A stretch of DNA of 64,000 nucleotides, taken from the NCBI GenBank assembly GCA_043228905.1, contig JBHGNT010000005.1, positions 18,538,001 to 18,602,000 of the forward strand, given 5' to 3'. The notes beneath the pieces were generated by a model. That model made no database searches, was not told the origin of the DNA, and saw only the letters and a program-made list of their open reading frames with translations. Below are positions 1 through 12,902 of the stretch, in pieces. Each line of letters begins with the position of its first letter. The first letter of the stretch is position 1. This DNA comes from Azolla caroliniana (taxonomy: Eukaryota; Plantae; Polypodiophyta). The position numbers were made by a program, and so were the translations under genes.

Positions 1-3000
1 CTATTGAGCTATGTTCGGGATGCAAAGACGCCGAAGGGTGCGTGGGAAAATCTGAAGAAGATTTTCGCCGCGAGCACCACAGCTAGGAAGCTTCAGCTCC
101 GATAGGAGTTGAGCAACCTATGACAACGCGACTTGTTGGTGGCGGACTATATCTCGAAGATCAAGGATATCTGCAACTCCCTCGCCTCCATAGAGGTGAA
201 CATTGAGGAGAGCAAGATGGTCCAGATCTGTCTCGAAGGTTTGGCGTCGAAGTTCGGAGCGTTCCGAACGGCTGTGTGTACTCGGGAGAATACGCCGTCC
301 TTTTTCGACTTACAGTCGATGCTCTTGGTAGAGGAGAACCACGCGGGTGCGTCGACGAGCACGCACACCGACAACAAGATGTTGTACACGGAGGGAGAAA
401 GGCCCCGTGGTCGTGGCGGATGAGGCGAGTCGGCGCGCAATGGAGGCGGCCGACGTGATCAAGGAAGAAGGCACCGAAGTGATGCCGATAGCAACACCGG
501 ACCCTCCGGAAACAGGGGGAGTCGAAGCGATGAGAACCGGCAAGGGAAGGCCATCGCGGAGTGCTGGTACTGTGGCAAGAAAGGCCACAGGGAAAGTGAG
601 TGCTGGAAGAAGCGCGCCGATTCGGAGAGAACTGGTTCCGGGAACGGCTCCAGACATACCGACAAGGGAAATCGGCAACGATCGCACTACGCTGAAGACT
701 CCGGGAGAGCCGGAGAAGGGTCTGTCTTCGTGACGAGACATGAAGCAAACTCAATGAAACAGAGCACCCCGAGATCGGACGAGGTGTGGTACGTAGACTC
801 TGGCGCGTCAAACCACATGACAAGCCATAAGGAGTGGTTCTCATACCTTGAAAAACCGATACAACCTGGAGTAGTCGCAACAGGAGACGACACTCCGCAT
901 CCGATCGCGAATGTCGGAGAAGTTCCCCTTAGCCATGTCGAGCAGAAAGCGAAACTCAAGAACGTGCTGCACGTTCCGACAATCACGAAGAACTTGGTCT
1001 CGGTCGGATAGATCGTCGACCAAGGGATGGAGGTTCGGTTTACACACCTCGGGTGCTTCATTGAGGAAGAAGGCCATGTGATTGCGCAAGGGCGCAGAGA
1101 CGGGAGGATGTTCATCCTCGACTCCACTGACGGAGGCACCGCAATGTTCGCGAAGGGACAAAAGACCGAGTCGGACATCGACTTGTGGCACAAGCGGATA
1201 GGCCATGTCAACCACCAGCGGCTTCAAGATCTGCAATCGAAACAGGTAGTGTTCGGATTGCCCAAGTTTAGTGGCCGAAAGGCACAAATTTGTGAAGCCT
1301 GCTAGCTCGGGAAGCAACACCGACTTCCTTTCCCCAACGAGCGAAACCGGAGCCGGAACAAGCTCGACCTTATACACTCGGATGTGTGGCGGCCGGCACA
1401 AAACGTTAGTCTTGGCGGGAGCCGATATTTTGTCTCCTTCATCGACGACCACACGCGGCACACGTGGATCTACCTCATTGAGAGGAAGAGCGAAGTCTTT
1501 GACTGTTTCCGGGACCTCAAAGGGTTCGTGGAAGCCGAAACGGGACGAAAGATCAAGTGTCTGCGGTCGGATGGCGGGAAAGAGTACTTTTCCGGTCAAT
1601 TCAACGGTTACCTACAACAAATGGGAATTCGGCGTGAATTCAGTTGTAGATACACGCCAGAGCAGAACGGCGTGGCCGAGAGAAAGAATCGGTCGATTGT
1701 GGAAGCAGCACGGGCAATGCTGGAGGAGAAGAGCTTGCCCAAGTTCTACTGGGCCGAGGTGGTAAGGACCGCGGTATACATCCAGAACCGGATTGGAGAC
1801 AAAGTGTCGGCGCACGAGCTATATTTCGGAACGAAGCCGAACTTGCGACACTTGAGGGTGTTCGGTAGCATTGCGTATGTGCATGTACCGAAGGAGAAAA
1901 GGAGGAAGCTGGACGCAAAGGCCGAGAAGTGCATCTTGGTCGGTTACTCGGACGAGCAGAAGGGTTATAAGTGCTATAACCCTCGCACCAAACAAGCGCG
2001 TGTCAGCCGCGACGTTGTGTTTGACGAGTCAGCGTCCTGGTACCTGCCCTCGACTCGGAACTCCGACTCCAATACGAGTTCTGACGATGAGGTCAGCGAG
2101 ACTGAGATGCCTCCGGATGAGCTAGAAATCGAGACCCGCGAAGAGAGTCCGATTTCACTCCGGTTAAGTGGACCAATTAGACGACTGAGTCGGTACGACC
2201 AGTCCGATGAAGAGCCGGCGAGTAGTGGAGACTCGGTTGTGCAATCCCCGCGCAGGAAGCCGAGGAGACGGCTTACGCGCAAGGAGAAAGGGAAGAAGAA
2301 GGTGTCGGATTCCGGCACGGAAAGGAACGAGTCAGACTGACGCGAGTCCGACTCTGAGGGAAACGGTGACGGGTCTTTAAAGGTGAAGACCGCGTCGACC
2401 GAGAAGGCCTCGACATCGGCTAATGTGAGATTACGCCGATCTACCCGCCAGAAGAACCCAGTTGTGTGGTTCGGATACAACGAGTACATGGCGCATCATT
2501 ATGCGTACATGACCCGTGTAGCGGAAGTGCGTGAGCCGGAGAGCTACGCAGAAGCGGCGAAGGACGCGAATTGGCGGAGAACGAGACCTGCGACCTGGTT
2601 GACGCACCGAAGTGTGTGAAGCCGATCGGGTGTAGATGGGTGTACAAAGTCAAGTACAACACCGATGGCTCGGTCAACCGGTACAAGGCTCGGCTAGTGG
2701 CAAAGGCCTACACGCAGAAAAACGGCATCGACTACGATGAGACGTTTGCGCCGGTCGCAAAAATGACGACCGTTCGTGTTTTGCTCACAGTAGCCGCGGC
2801 CAAGGGGTGGCACTTACATCAGATGGATGTAAAGAATGCGTTCCTACAAGGTGACCTTGAGGAACAGGTGTACATGGTACAACCCCCCGGATTTCACTCC
2901 GGAACGAACTCCTCGGCAGTATGCCGACTGAAGAAGTCCCTTTACGGACTGAAGCAAGCCCCGCGTGCCTGGAACGCGAAGATCACGCAACAACTGCGTC

Positions 3001-3313
3001 GGATGGGCTTCGTCACGTCAAAATCGGACTCTTCCCTGTTCATCCGGAAAGGTTGACTCGGACCGGTTTGTATTTTACTATATGTTGATGACTTGGTCAT
3101 CACTGGCACCGACCTCGGTGAAATCGACCGCGTGAAGCTCCAACTTGCGGCATCATTCGACATGAAGGATCTGGGAGACCTTCGTTACTTCCTCGGGATC
3201 GAAGTGATCCGTACCCCCGAAGGCATATTGATCAGGCAATGTCATTACGTGCTGAGTATGCTCTTCAAACTCGGGATGGCCGACTGTAAGTCCATCTCGA
3301 CTCCTCTGGACAG

Positions 3314-4145
3314 TGATGGGAACTCAACGCTCCTTATGCGCAACGCTTGGCCACAACCGAGCTTGGAATGATACACAGAAAATGGGAAAAAGAACACGAC
3401 ACAAAGAAGAGGAAGATACACAGGAGGTTTACGTGGAAAACCCCAAACTAGAGGAAAAAACCACGGCAGCCCATAAGCTGCAAACTGTCACTATGTAAGA
3501 ATGTACAACAGTGAGTTCACTGAGGCAACGACCTCGTGCTCATAGATCTTCGCCACATGCGGCGGTTACAACAGAGGCAACGACCTCTTTCTCTCTCTCT
3601 CTCTCTCTCTGTACAGTTACACACACTCGCTATTATTGCACCAACAAGAATGACAACAACAACAACTGCTACACACACATATTTGCCCCAAGTCATATTT
3701 ATATTGATATGACTTTTCGGCTATTTACAAATATAGCCTCGATGGGCTCTTAGAAACATATTTACGAATATGTCTCTACCTCCGGTTCTCACCGGGTCTG
3801 CGTCATCCGGCTCTCCGTAGCCGGGTACTCATCATCCGGTTCCGTACCGGGTCTGCACCATCCGGCTCTCTGTAGCCGGGTACTCCTCATCCGGTTTCGT
3901 ACCGGGTCTGCACCATCCGGCTCTCCGTAGCCGGGTGCTCCTCATCCGGTTCTCACCGGGCCTGCACCATCCGGCTCTCCGTAGCCGGGTACTCCTCATC
4001 CGGTTCATACCGGGTCTGCACCATCTGACTCTCCGTAGCCGGGTACTCCTCATCCGGTTTAGGCCTCGGCCTATCGGCCTCAGCCGAGTTTGTTCATCGG
4101 CACTGTTCTTCTCCCTTCCCATCCGGAGGGACCTGTCTCCCACTA
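3314..4145 (-). mobile_element. Solo LTR of Copia lineage B inserted in the RT of Copia A
   Basis: TSD GACAG at 3309-3313 and 4146-4150. Removing it restores TPLDRTVKLRPD (compare TPLDRNVKLRPD at ~12196). It shares GGTCCCTCCGGATGGG, the TATA hairpin and CTCGGTTGTGGCC motifs with the LTRs at 16177 and 48601. Confidence 0.95.
3782..4058. repeat. CCGG-rich tandem repeat, ~54-55 bp x 5, in U3 of the solo LTR
   Basis: Unit like CCGGTTCTCACCGGGTCTGCACCATCCGGCTCTCCGTAGCCGGGTACTCCTCAT repeated five times. Confidence 0.9.
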
Positions 4146-5415
4146 GACAGAACCGTCAAGCTTCGTCCCGATACGGGAAAGGTATGCGACCCGACGAGGT
4201 TCCGACAAATTGTCGGTAGCCTCATATACTTGACCATCACCCGACCCGACCTCAGTTATCCGGTCGGGGTGATCAGTCAGTTCATGGCGCGACCTACCGA
4301 GGAGCACGTTCAGTGTGCGCAACGCATACTTCGGTATGTCAACGGCACTAAGGACCGGTGCAGCCGCGCAGTTAGTCGGCTACACCGATGCTGATTGGGC
4401 TGGCAACACCGCCGATCGCCGATCCACGTCTGGATACGCGTTCTCCCTCGGGAGTGCCGCGATCGCGTGGAGCAGTAAGAAGCAGCCGACAGTTGCCCTG
4501 TCGAGCAGCGAAGCTGAGTACCGAGGAGCGGTTGTCGCGACATGCGAAGCCATATGGTTGAAGCGGCTACTTAAGAACCTGCAAGAGGAGGTGTCCGATC
4601 CAACGAAGATCTACTGCGACAACCTTAGCAGCATCCAACTCGCGAAGAACCCCGTCTTCCATGCACGGACCAAGCACATTGAGGTGCACTACCATTTCCT
4701 CCGTGAGCGTGTCCTTTCCGCTGAAGTCGAACTTCAGTACGTTCCGATGGATCGGCAGACTGCCGACATCTTCACAAAGCTTCTTGGTCTGGACAAGTTG
4801 CGGCAATTCTCAGGTACGCTCGGGTTGCGTCACCTCGACGTGCCGAACTTGAGGGGGAGAACAGTTCCGAACGACCAAGCAAGGCAGCAGGAAAGGAGCG
4901 GTGACCATGACACCGAGTCGATTGACTCGTTTGTTGACTCGGTTGAAGACGGATCGGCTGAAGAAGCCGAGGGCGACTTCGGATCGGCTGAAGAAGCCGA
5001 GGGCGGACCCGCGGAAAAGTTCGGAAGAGGACAGAAGGGGAGCAACCGAAGGAGAGAGCCGAAGCCAACCACGCATGGGGAAGATGATGCCATCGAGGGC
5101 GAGAAGACCGAAGACGAGTTGGAGACAGCCAACTCGGACGAGAGAGAAAACCGATCGGAGGTAGCCGAGTCGGTTCGGATGTTTGATTCAAACATGTTGA
5201 ATCAACCGAGGCCCAAGCGGAAGAAAAGGCAGCAGAAGAAGCGTCAACACCGCAACAACAAAAGAGCTGATGAGGGCCACATGAGCAGACAAGCCGACCG
5301 GAAGGGTCGAAGCGCACGGAGTCGAACAGGTCGAGGAGCGCGAGCGATGCGAGAAGCCATGAGGAACCGGTGCTGTGAAGATCCCGAAGAGCCTCAAGTT
5401 GAGCTTGAGGGGGAG

Positions 5416-5802
5416 TGTTGAGAGACAAGCTCAACATCGGCCGGATCGGCTGAAGAAGCCGAGGACCGGATCGGTTGGGACCGATCGGTTAGGCCGAGTG
5501 CATACACCGGGAGGTCGTTAGGAAAGATATTCCGTGAGGAATATATTTGGGAGTTAGTGTAGGAGCTCTTGATGAGCATTGAAGTATTGTCAGTACTTCG
5601 GTTAGTCCTTCTAGGACTTGTATAAAAGTGCTCATTGAGCACGTCTTATGTACAGAGATTGAGTATTATTGTTGAATATAGTTTTTTGTGTTTCTCTCTC
5701 TGTCTCTCCCGCGTATACCGTGTAAGCCTAAGCTCTCCATTGAACCTGAGTTTCCTTCCTCTGTTCTGTCTTCATACTTGCTTCTGCACGCTACTTTCTA
5801 CA
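5416..5802 (+). repeat. 3' LTR of Copia A
   Basis: Follows PPT TTGAGGGGGAG, starts TGTTG and has TATAAAA at ~5621. The 3' end (TTCTACA, 5802) is inferred from where LINE sequence begins, since there is no partner LTR to confirm it. Confidence 0.7.
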
Positions 5803-5845
5803 AACCGTTTAACAAAAATAGTTTAACCGTTTAACAAAAATAGAG

Positions 5846-6529
5846 ATGGATATGAAAAAATGGGTGAAAGACGCCGAAACCCACAAGAAAAAAGATAGAG
5901 AGGAAAAGGACGCCCTCAAGGCCGAAATAGAAAAACTTAAAGAGGGAAACACAAACCTCAAACAACAACTTAATGACATCAAGGTATCCCGAGAGGACGG
6001 TGAAATATCCTCCATAGAGGATATAAAAGATGAGATCAAAAAAGTTAAAGAGGAGGTTAAAAATAACATAGAGTTAGCAAAAACGGGTTGGGTAGATGTG
6101 GTTAAAAGAAACATTAAAAAAGAAATAAAGGATGAAAATATTGTTAATACCACCCTCGAAGAGGAGAAAATGCGTCAGGCCCGACGCCTAAATGTGCATG
6201 TCACTAGGCTCAAGGAAGGTGCATCCCCGAATGAGGATGCGCAAACACTTGGGAAAATGTTAGGGTACACAACGACCCTACCTATCGCCAAAGCTTGGAG
6301 GGCCGAACACGACACAACTAGGAAGAGAGCCTTAGTTCTTCAATTTAAAGACTTAGACTCTAGAATCACTTTCATTAAGAAGAGACCAATTCTTCGAGGA
6401 ATGGGTGGGGACCCTATCTATCTCAATGAAGACCTCACCAAGATGCAAATTGAGCATCGCAAGAGTTGTATGCCAAAGGTTATGAAAGCTCGTAAAGAAG
6501 GGCATTGTGCCTTTTATCGAGATGGGTAA
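5846..6529 (+). CDS. LINE ORF1 remnant (coiled-coil and RRM-like nucleic acid chaperone)
   Basis: 227 aa with heptad repeats LKAEIEKLKEGNTNLKQQL, RRLNV-V-GL and PIYLNEDLT. The reading frame continues upstream (NRLTKIE) to the LTR junction. Confidence 0.8.
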   Translation: MDMKKWVKDAETHKKKDREEKDALKAEIEKLKEGNTNLKQQLNDIKVSREDGEISSIEDIKDEIKKVKEEVKNNIELAKTGWVDVVKRNIKKEIKDENIVNTTLEEEKMRQARRLNVHVTRLKEGASPNEDAQTLGKMLGYTTTLPIAKAWRAEHDTTRKRALVLQFKDLDSRITFIKKRPILRGMGGDPIYLNEDLTKMQIEHRKSCMPKVMKARKEGHCAFYRDG

Positions 6530-6565
6530 GTGATCATAAATGATCGCACTACTAATTGACGGCGT

Positions 6566-9500
6566 GTGACCCATGTGACAGAAAACACACTTAGGATGAC
6601 CTTATGGAATTGTAACGACGCACTCTGGACACACCCCAGCCACCTAGAGGAGATATTAAAGGAATCAGATATAGTTTTCCTAGTAGAAACACACCAAAGC
6701 CCAAATAGGGGACTCCCACGAGTCGAAGGATTTCGTTGGGAGTCGGGTTTTAGACAAACCTCACGTCGATGCACTACCAGGGGATCCGGAGGTGTCGCAA
6801 TATTGTTTCGGAGGGAGCTACATAATAGGATAGAAATACTAAGCACAAACCCAGAAGCTCGTTTTATGTGGGTGAAAGTCTCCACAAGCAGGGAAAAGGC
6901 AGTATTTTTCGCCATTTGTTACTTACCCCCGAAAGGCTCTCGTTATAATCTGGCTGGCAAGGCGAGATTAGTTGATGAAGGAGTGCCACATGGGCCTTCC
7001 CCATATGAACCTCTATCGGATGACATAATCCGATGTTCTTCCCAAGGAGAAGTATTCCTTGTAGGAGACTTTAATGCGAGAACCCAATCCTGACAATGCA
7101 CAATATTTCAAATGAATAGAAACCTAGAAATGGTAAATGTCGATCCTTTAGACATAGACACCACATGTAGATCAAAGGATCAAGGTGCGGATGCCACGAG
7201 CTTTGGCCATCATTTGCTCGAACTTGGCAGTCGGCACCAGATGGTCATATATAATGGTTTAGCCAAGTGGCCAGGTTCGGAAGAGCTCACATGTTTCCCA
7301 CATGGAGGAGGGGAAAGCACAATTGATTATCTAATAGGACACCCTGAAGCTACCCACATGATTAACTCCTTCCGAGTGGCCCCATGTCCTATTGGCGCGG
7401 ACCATAGTTTCTTATACTTTGAGCTAAAATGCGATATCTCTAACATCACCAACTCTAGTCAACCACGCCATGACATCACAATACATTTCACACATGAGCC
7501 CTCTGACATATATGCTCGACATGTTCAAGACCATCTCTCCTCCCTTGATCCCTCCCTACCTTTAGAGAGCCTTAGTACGAAACTCACACACATCCTTCAC
7601 TCTGCAGTAGTTAGCAATTTCCTATACACGAAACACTCCAATCAAGGTAAAGTATGATCTATGCCACAAAATAGATGGTATGATGAGGATTGTAGGTGCT
7701 TACATAGAAAACTTACAATATCGCAACTCAGTGGTAGTATTACCTCAGTAGAAGCTCGTAAAGAAATGCGCAAGATGACACGACGTAAGAGACGAGCATG
7801 GGAGGCATCCCAATATTGGGAACTCTACCATATGCTCATGAGTAGCGATTGTACCACTGCATGGAAGAGATTACGGGAACCAAGGTCCCACAAACACCCA
7901 TCGAAGATCCCGAAACTTGGCACACTTATACAGAGAGACTTTACCAAATCCCAAACCAACCACCCATTCCAATGCATTCTACACCCTGACCTACTGTGGG
8001 GACACTCTTCACGACCTCTAGGGTCAGGAAGGTCATAAAGAAATTACAACATAGGAAGTCCATGGACCACACAGGATTGCGAGTAGAACACATCATATAT
8101 GCGAGAGAGTGCCTAGCTCCCTTGCTAACTCTAATCTTCAATCGCGCCCTCGCAGAGGGTTTTCCACCACAATGGACCATGAACACAGTGGCCCCCATAC
8201 ATAAAGGGGGGGACCCCATGGACCCAAATACTTATAGGACCATTATGATAGGTCATACCCTTGCTAAATTATGTGGTGCAGTAATGGAGGCACAACTTAG
8301 CGAGTATATGGAGACCTTAAATCTTCGTGCACCTGAACAAGCTGGCTTTAGACGAGCCTTCTCCACTATTGATCATATCTTCACACTTAGATGCTTAATT
8401 GACCTGACTAAGGCTCGCAAGAAGAAACTATATTGTTGTTTTGTGGACTTCCTCAAAGCCTTTGACACGGTTCCTAGAGAGCGGTTGTTTGATAGGCTTA
8501 AGAGCTTGAGGATACCAGATGACATGGTTTGGGCCATCTACGCACTATATGAACAAGTGTTCGGGTGTGTTCGATGCCCAGGTGGCATATCCGATAGTTT
8601 CACTAGCACTATTGGTGTAAAATAAGGTTGCCCCTTATCTCCAACTCTTTTTGGGATCTACATTGATGAGATCACAGATTTTATTGCTCGTAAGCGAGGC
8701 AATGGAGTAGTCCTTAGGGATACGCAGGTGCGTATCTTGCTCTATGCAGACGACATAGTTTTGTTCTCTGAATCCGAACACGACCTACAAAGGCACCTTA
8801 ATGCCTTAGATGACTTTTGCACACTACGAGGATTGGTAGTGAATATAGGGAAAACTAAAGTCCTTATCTTCCACACGTTGGCCCAAGTTAGAGCTAGGTG
8901 TCACCTAACTATCTCCCATAGCCCAATTGAGGTGGTTGGATCATATGTCTACCTCGGAGTCACTTTCAATGCCCGTTCAGGTAAATTTTCGATGACACAA
9001 GCAGCGAAGGATAGACTTACAAGAGGACATGAATCCCTCTCACTCCTCGAGAGACAATGCCACCAAGCATACTTCCAAGAGCCGCGAACTAAAGGGCGGC
9101 TCTTTGACTCATTAGTGACTCCCTCTCTCATGTATGCATCAGTGGTTCGTGCTCCAGGACTACCATCTTTCATGTGGACGCAATTAGAGAGACCATTGGT
9201 GATGATGTTATCACGCAAACTCCGAAGCAAATCGTCAGTCCTACATGGCATTATTAGGGCTGAGTTCACTCTACCCCCTATGTTAGTAGAAGCACTTTTT
9301 CAACTTGTAGTCTTTATCCACATGATACATAACCAACCACTTGATAGAATATCCCACGAAGCCTTTAAGGCTTCTCGAGCACTGTATGAGTCCGGCTATA
9401 CTAGCTCATGGTATGGCATGATGGTGAGTTGGCTTCTTGCCAATATTCTAGACATTAATAACCTCCCCCCCTGAAGTACGACCACACGACTGATAACACT

Positions 9501-10304
9501 TTAATCTCTCATGAGGACCATAATAAAGTAATACGCCAAGAAATATGGCAAATTTATACTCGGTATAAATGGATCACCCCACTAGAGCCACTCCCATCTA
9601 AAATGTCATACTATAAGGAACACTTTATGCACTTCTCTAAGTTAGGTTTTATCACGCGACCAAGATATCTAGATGTATTCTTACCACATGCACTAAGGGT
9701 TGCCATTGGTCAACTTAGAATATCATCTCACCAACTTGAGATTGAGAATGGATGTACTAATGGAGTCCCTAGGGAGGAGAGGATATGTAGGTTATGCCAC
9801 ATAGAGGATGAGTACCATTTTACATGCAAATGCCCCACCTATGCCGAGATAAGGGAAAAATACCAAGACATACTTGGTTCCTCTCCCACCCTCCCTAAAC
9901 TATTAGATACACTAGATATAAAGAAATTAGGTAGATACATCTTAGAATTGAAATAACATAGAGAGAATAAGTTACAAAACATTGATAATAATGTTGCTAA
10001 TGTTTACCAACATGTAACAAATGAAGTTTTTAAGGAACAGGGGGAGACAATGAATGTCGACACATCCGCACCACTCGGGCTTTTCCTTGATGAAGCAGAA
10101 AATCAAAGAAGAACCAAATGCCCTTGGATGCCGGGTTTCAAAGCAACTCGACGAGATGTAGAAGCAATAAAGAAAATAAGGGAACGTGAACTACACCGCC
10201 TAGAAGCCATGGCTAGGGCACTCTATGCATCGGGACCATGGGTCACACCCACACCAAAAACTTTTGACCACCCACTTCTTTTTGAGAGACTTGGGTGGAA
10301 ATGA
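6566..10304 (+). pseudogene. LINE ORF2 (endonuclease-RT-CCHC), fragmented
   Basis: Pieces 6566-7093, 7112-7657, 7661-8038, 7996-8625, 8728-9474, 9603-9956 and 10050-10304. Several stops differ from those in copy 2, so the consensus is inferred to be one ORF ending FERLGWK*. Confidence 0.9.
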
Positions 10305-10489
10305 GATTAGGCTTAGTGCAAAGTTTTGTACACTACTAGAACTCTCTTAGCTTAAGCTATTTTCTTTTATTTTAGTTTTGATGATTGGATAAACACTCAT
10401 TTTTATTGTAAACCAATTGTCTCATGGGCCAAATTTGGCCTTAGAAGACGTTAATATATCTTTCTTTCTTCTTTCTTTCGTTCTTTCTC

Positions 10490-10523
<34 letters not shown>

Positions 10524-10639
10524 TCTTAGAGGCTCGATGTACAGGATGATCAAGTGATTCTACTTTTACAATTTTAGGTTATCACTTATATACTAAGCCC
10601 TAACTATATGGACGAGTTCACACTAGGATACAAAGTGGA

Positions 10640-12902
10640 AGGAGTCGGCCTTTTATGCCAACATCAGGGACAAAGGTGTCGTTGCACGAACTATATTTTG
10701 AGCGGAAGTCGAACTTGGCATACCTTCGGGTGTTTGGTAGCATTGATATGTGCATGTACAGAAAGAAAAACGGAGGAATTTAGACACGAAAGCTAAAAAA
10801 TGCATTCTCGTCGGTTACTCGGATGAACAGAAGGGTTATAAGTGTTATAACCCCCGATTGAAAGAGGTCTGAGTCAGCCGAGATGTCGTTTTTGATGAAT
10901 CAACTTCGTGGTACTTCTCTTCACCCAAGCCTGAGCCAATTGCTACTGATGATCCGGTAGAATCCAGAACAGAGAGAAGCGTCGCGAAATCTGAAGAGCC
11001 GGACAGTCTGACTTCTCTCTGGATTAGTGTCCCGAATCCGGACTGGTTGAGCCGGAGAGGTCAACCGGATGACGAGCTGGCGATTAGTGAAGACTTGGCT
11101 GTGCTCTCCCTGTGGAGAGAACCGAGGAGACGGTTCACGCGCAAAGAGAAAGGGAAGAAGAAGATGCTGGAATACGACATCGATAGAGATGAGTCGGATC
11201 AGAGCGAATCCGACTCCGGACATAACAAACATGAACCTTCAGAAGAGAAGTCCAAGTCGACCAAGAAGGCCACGAAATCGGCGAATCAGGAATTGTGCCG
11301 ATCCACCCCGTGAAGAACCCCGTGAAGAGGTATGGGTATAACGAATATATGGTGCATCATTATGCTTACATGGCGATGGTGGCAGCCGAGCGTGAGCCAG
11401 AGAGCTACGTTGAAACGGCTAAGGACCTAAATTGGTGGAAGGCCATGGAGAAAGAGATGCATGCACTCACGGAAAATGAGACGTGGGATTTAGTCAACGT
11501 ACTGAAAGGAGTGAAGCCGATAAGTTTCCGATGGGTATACAAGGTTAAATATAACATTGATGGCTCCATCAATAGGTACAAGGCCCGATTAGTGGTCAAA
11601 AGCTACATGCAGCAGCACGACATCGACTACGATGAGACGTTTGCGCCGGTCGCGAAGATGACGACCATCCGTGTCCTGCTTGCGGTGGCAACGACGAAGG
11701 GGTGGCATCTACATCAAATGTATGTAAAGAACGTGTTCTTGCAAGGTGATCTTCAGGAGTAGGTGTATATGGTTCAACCCCCTGGATTTCAGTTCGGAGT
11801 GAATACATTAGTAGTGTGCCAATTGAAGAAGTCCCTCTACGGACTCAAGCAAGCCCCACACACTTGGAATGCGAAGATCATGCAACGACTGCGTCGGATG
11901 GAGTTTGTCGCGTCAAAGTCGGATTCTTCACTTTTCATCCGGCAAGGTCGGAACGGGTTGGTTAGTATTTTACTTTATGATGATGATGTAGTCATCGGGG
12001 GCGCTGACCTGGACGAAATCGACCATGTCAAATCCCAATTTGCGGCATGATTCGAGATGAATGATCTAGGAGACCTTCATTACTTCCTCGGGATCGAAGT
12101 TTTCCCCACCCCGGAATGCATATTGATCAGTCAATGCCACTATGTGCTGAGCATGCTCTTCAAATTTGGTATGACGGAATGCAAATTTGTCTCGACTCCT
12201 CTGGACCGGAATGTGAAGCTTCGCCCCGACTCCGAAACAACATGTGACTTGAAAAGGTTCCGACAAATAGTCAGAAGCCTTATATATCTGATCATCACCC
12301 GGCCGGACCTCAGCTATCCTGTCGGATTGATCAACCAATTTATGGTGCATCCAACCGTGGAGCACCTTCAGTGCACGCACCGAGTACTGAGGTATGTTAG
12401 CGGCACTCAGGACAGGGGGTTGCTATATCGGACCGGTATAGCCGGATAGCTTGTCAGCTACACGGATGCTGATTGGGCTGAGAATGCCGACAACCGTAGG
12501 TCTACATTTGAATATGCGTTTTTACTAGAAGCGTCATGGTCGCCTGGAGTAGCAAAAAGCAACCAACAGTGGCACTATTGAGCACCAAGGCCGAGTACCA
12601 AGGAGCAGTTGTCGCAACGTGCAAAGCCATATGGCTAAAAAGGCTACTCAAGGATCTGCGAGTGGAGGTGTCTGATCCGACAACAATCTACTGCGACAAC
12701 CTCACCAATCTCCAGTTGGCTAAGAACCCCATCTTTCACACGTAGACCAAGCACATTGAGGTGCACTACCATTTTGTTCGTGAGCGTGTCCTCTTCGGTG
12801 AAGTGGAACTGCTGCATGTTCCTAAGGATCGGCAGGTGGCCGATATCTTCACTACACCCCTAGGCTTAGACACGTTGCAGCAATTTTCCGGTGCATTGGG
12901 TG
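10640..12902 (+). mobile_element. Degenerate Copia lineage A fragment (end of integrase, RT, RNase H)
   Basis: Collinear with 1810-4830 ([48 protein letters not shown]) with many stops. Boundaries approximate. Confidence 0.9.

Larger units (their letters stand above)
1..5421 (+). pseudogene. Copia gag-pol polyprotein, disrupted, with ~190 aa low-complexity extension after RNase H
   Basis: ORF pieces 133-423, 730-1011, 1027-1305, 1384-2340, 2571-3056, 3093-3313 and 4315-5421 are separated by TGA/TAG stops and frameshifts. Confidence 0.9.
1..5802 (+). mobile_element. Ty1/Copia LTR retrotransposon (lineage A); 5' end outside the window, degenerate, interrupted by a solo LTR
   Basis: Copia domain order: gag with CWYCGKKGHRESEC knuckle (~562-603), protease WYVDSGAS, GAG-pre-integrase LWHKRIGH, integrase (1384-2340), RT (2571-3313 and 4146-4310, YVDD), RNase H (GYTDADWAG). 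PPT at 5405-5415, then TGTTG LTR start at 5416. Confidence 0.95.
5803..10527 (+). mobile_element. Non-LTR retrotransposon (LINE, RTEX-like), subfamily 1 copy 1, degenerate
   Basis: ORF1 with coiled coil and IYLNEDLT; APE endonuclease (LWNCN, VETH, VGDFNA, STIDY, GADH); RT (QAGFR, VDF-KAFD, GCPLSP, LLYADD); C-terminal LRISSHQLEIE-CRLC-EDEYHFTCKC zinc finger; (CTTT)n/(CT)n tail. Near-identical to 43813-48400. Confidence 0.93.

Noticed and set aside
3782-4058. Regularly spaced repeats resembling a CRISPR array
   Set aside because: The units are contiguous with no unique spacers, lie in an LTR U3, and there are no cas genes in this eukaryotic context.
161-5437. Long antisense ORFs over GC-rich elements (161-880, 841-1599, 4772-5437 and similar elsewhere)
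   Set aside because: These are shadow ORFs from GC-rich coding sequence with no recognisable domains.
10050-10304. Apparent third LINE ORF (84 aa, also at 43986-44240)
   Set aside because: It is in frame with ORF2, and the separating stops are different CAA>TAA changes in the two copies, so it is the ORF2 C-terminus.
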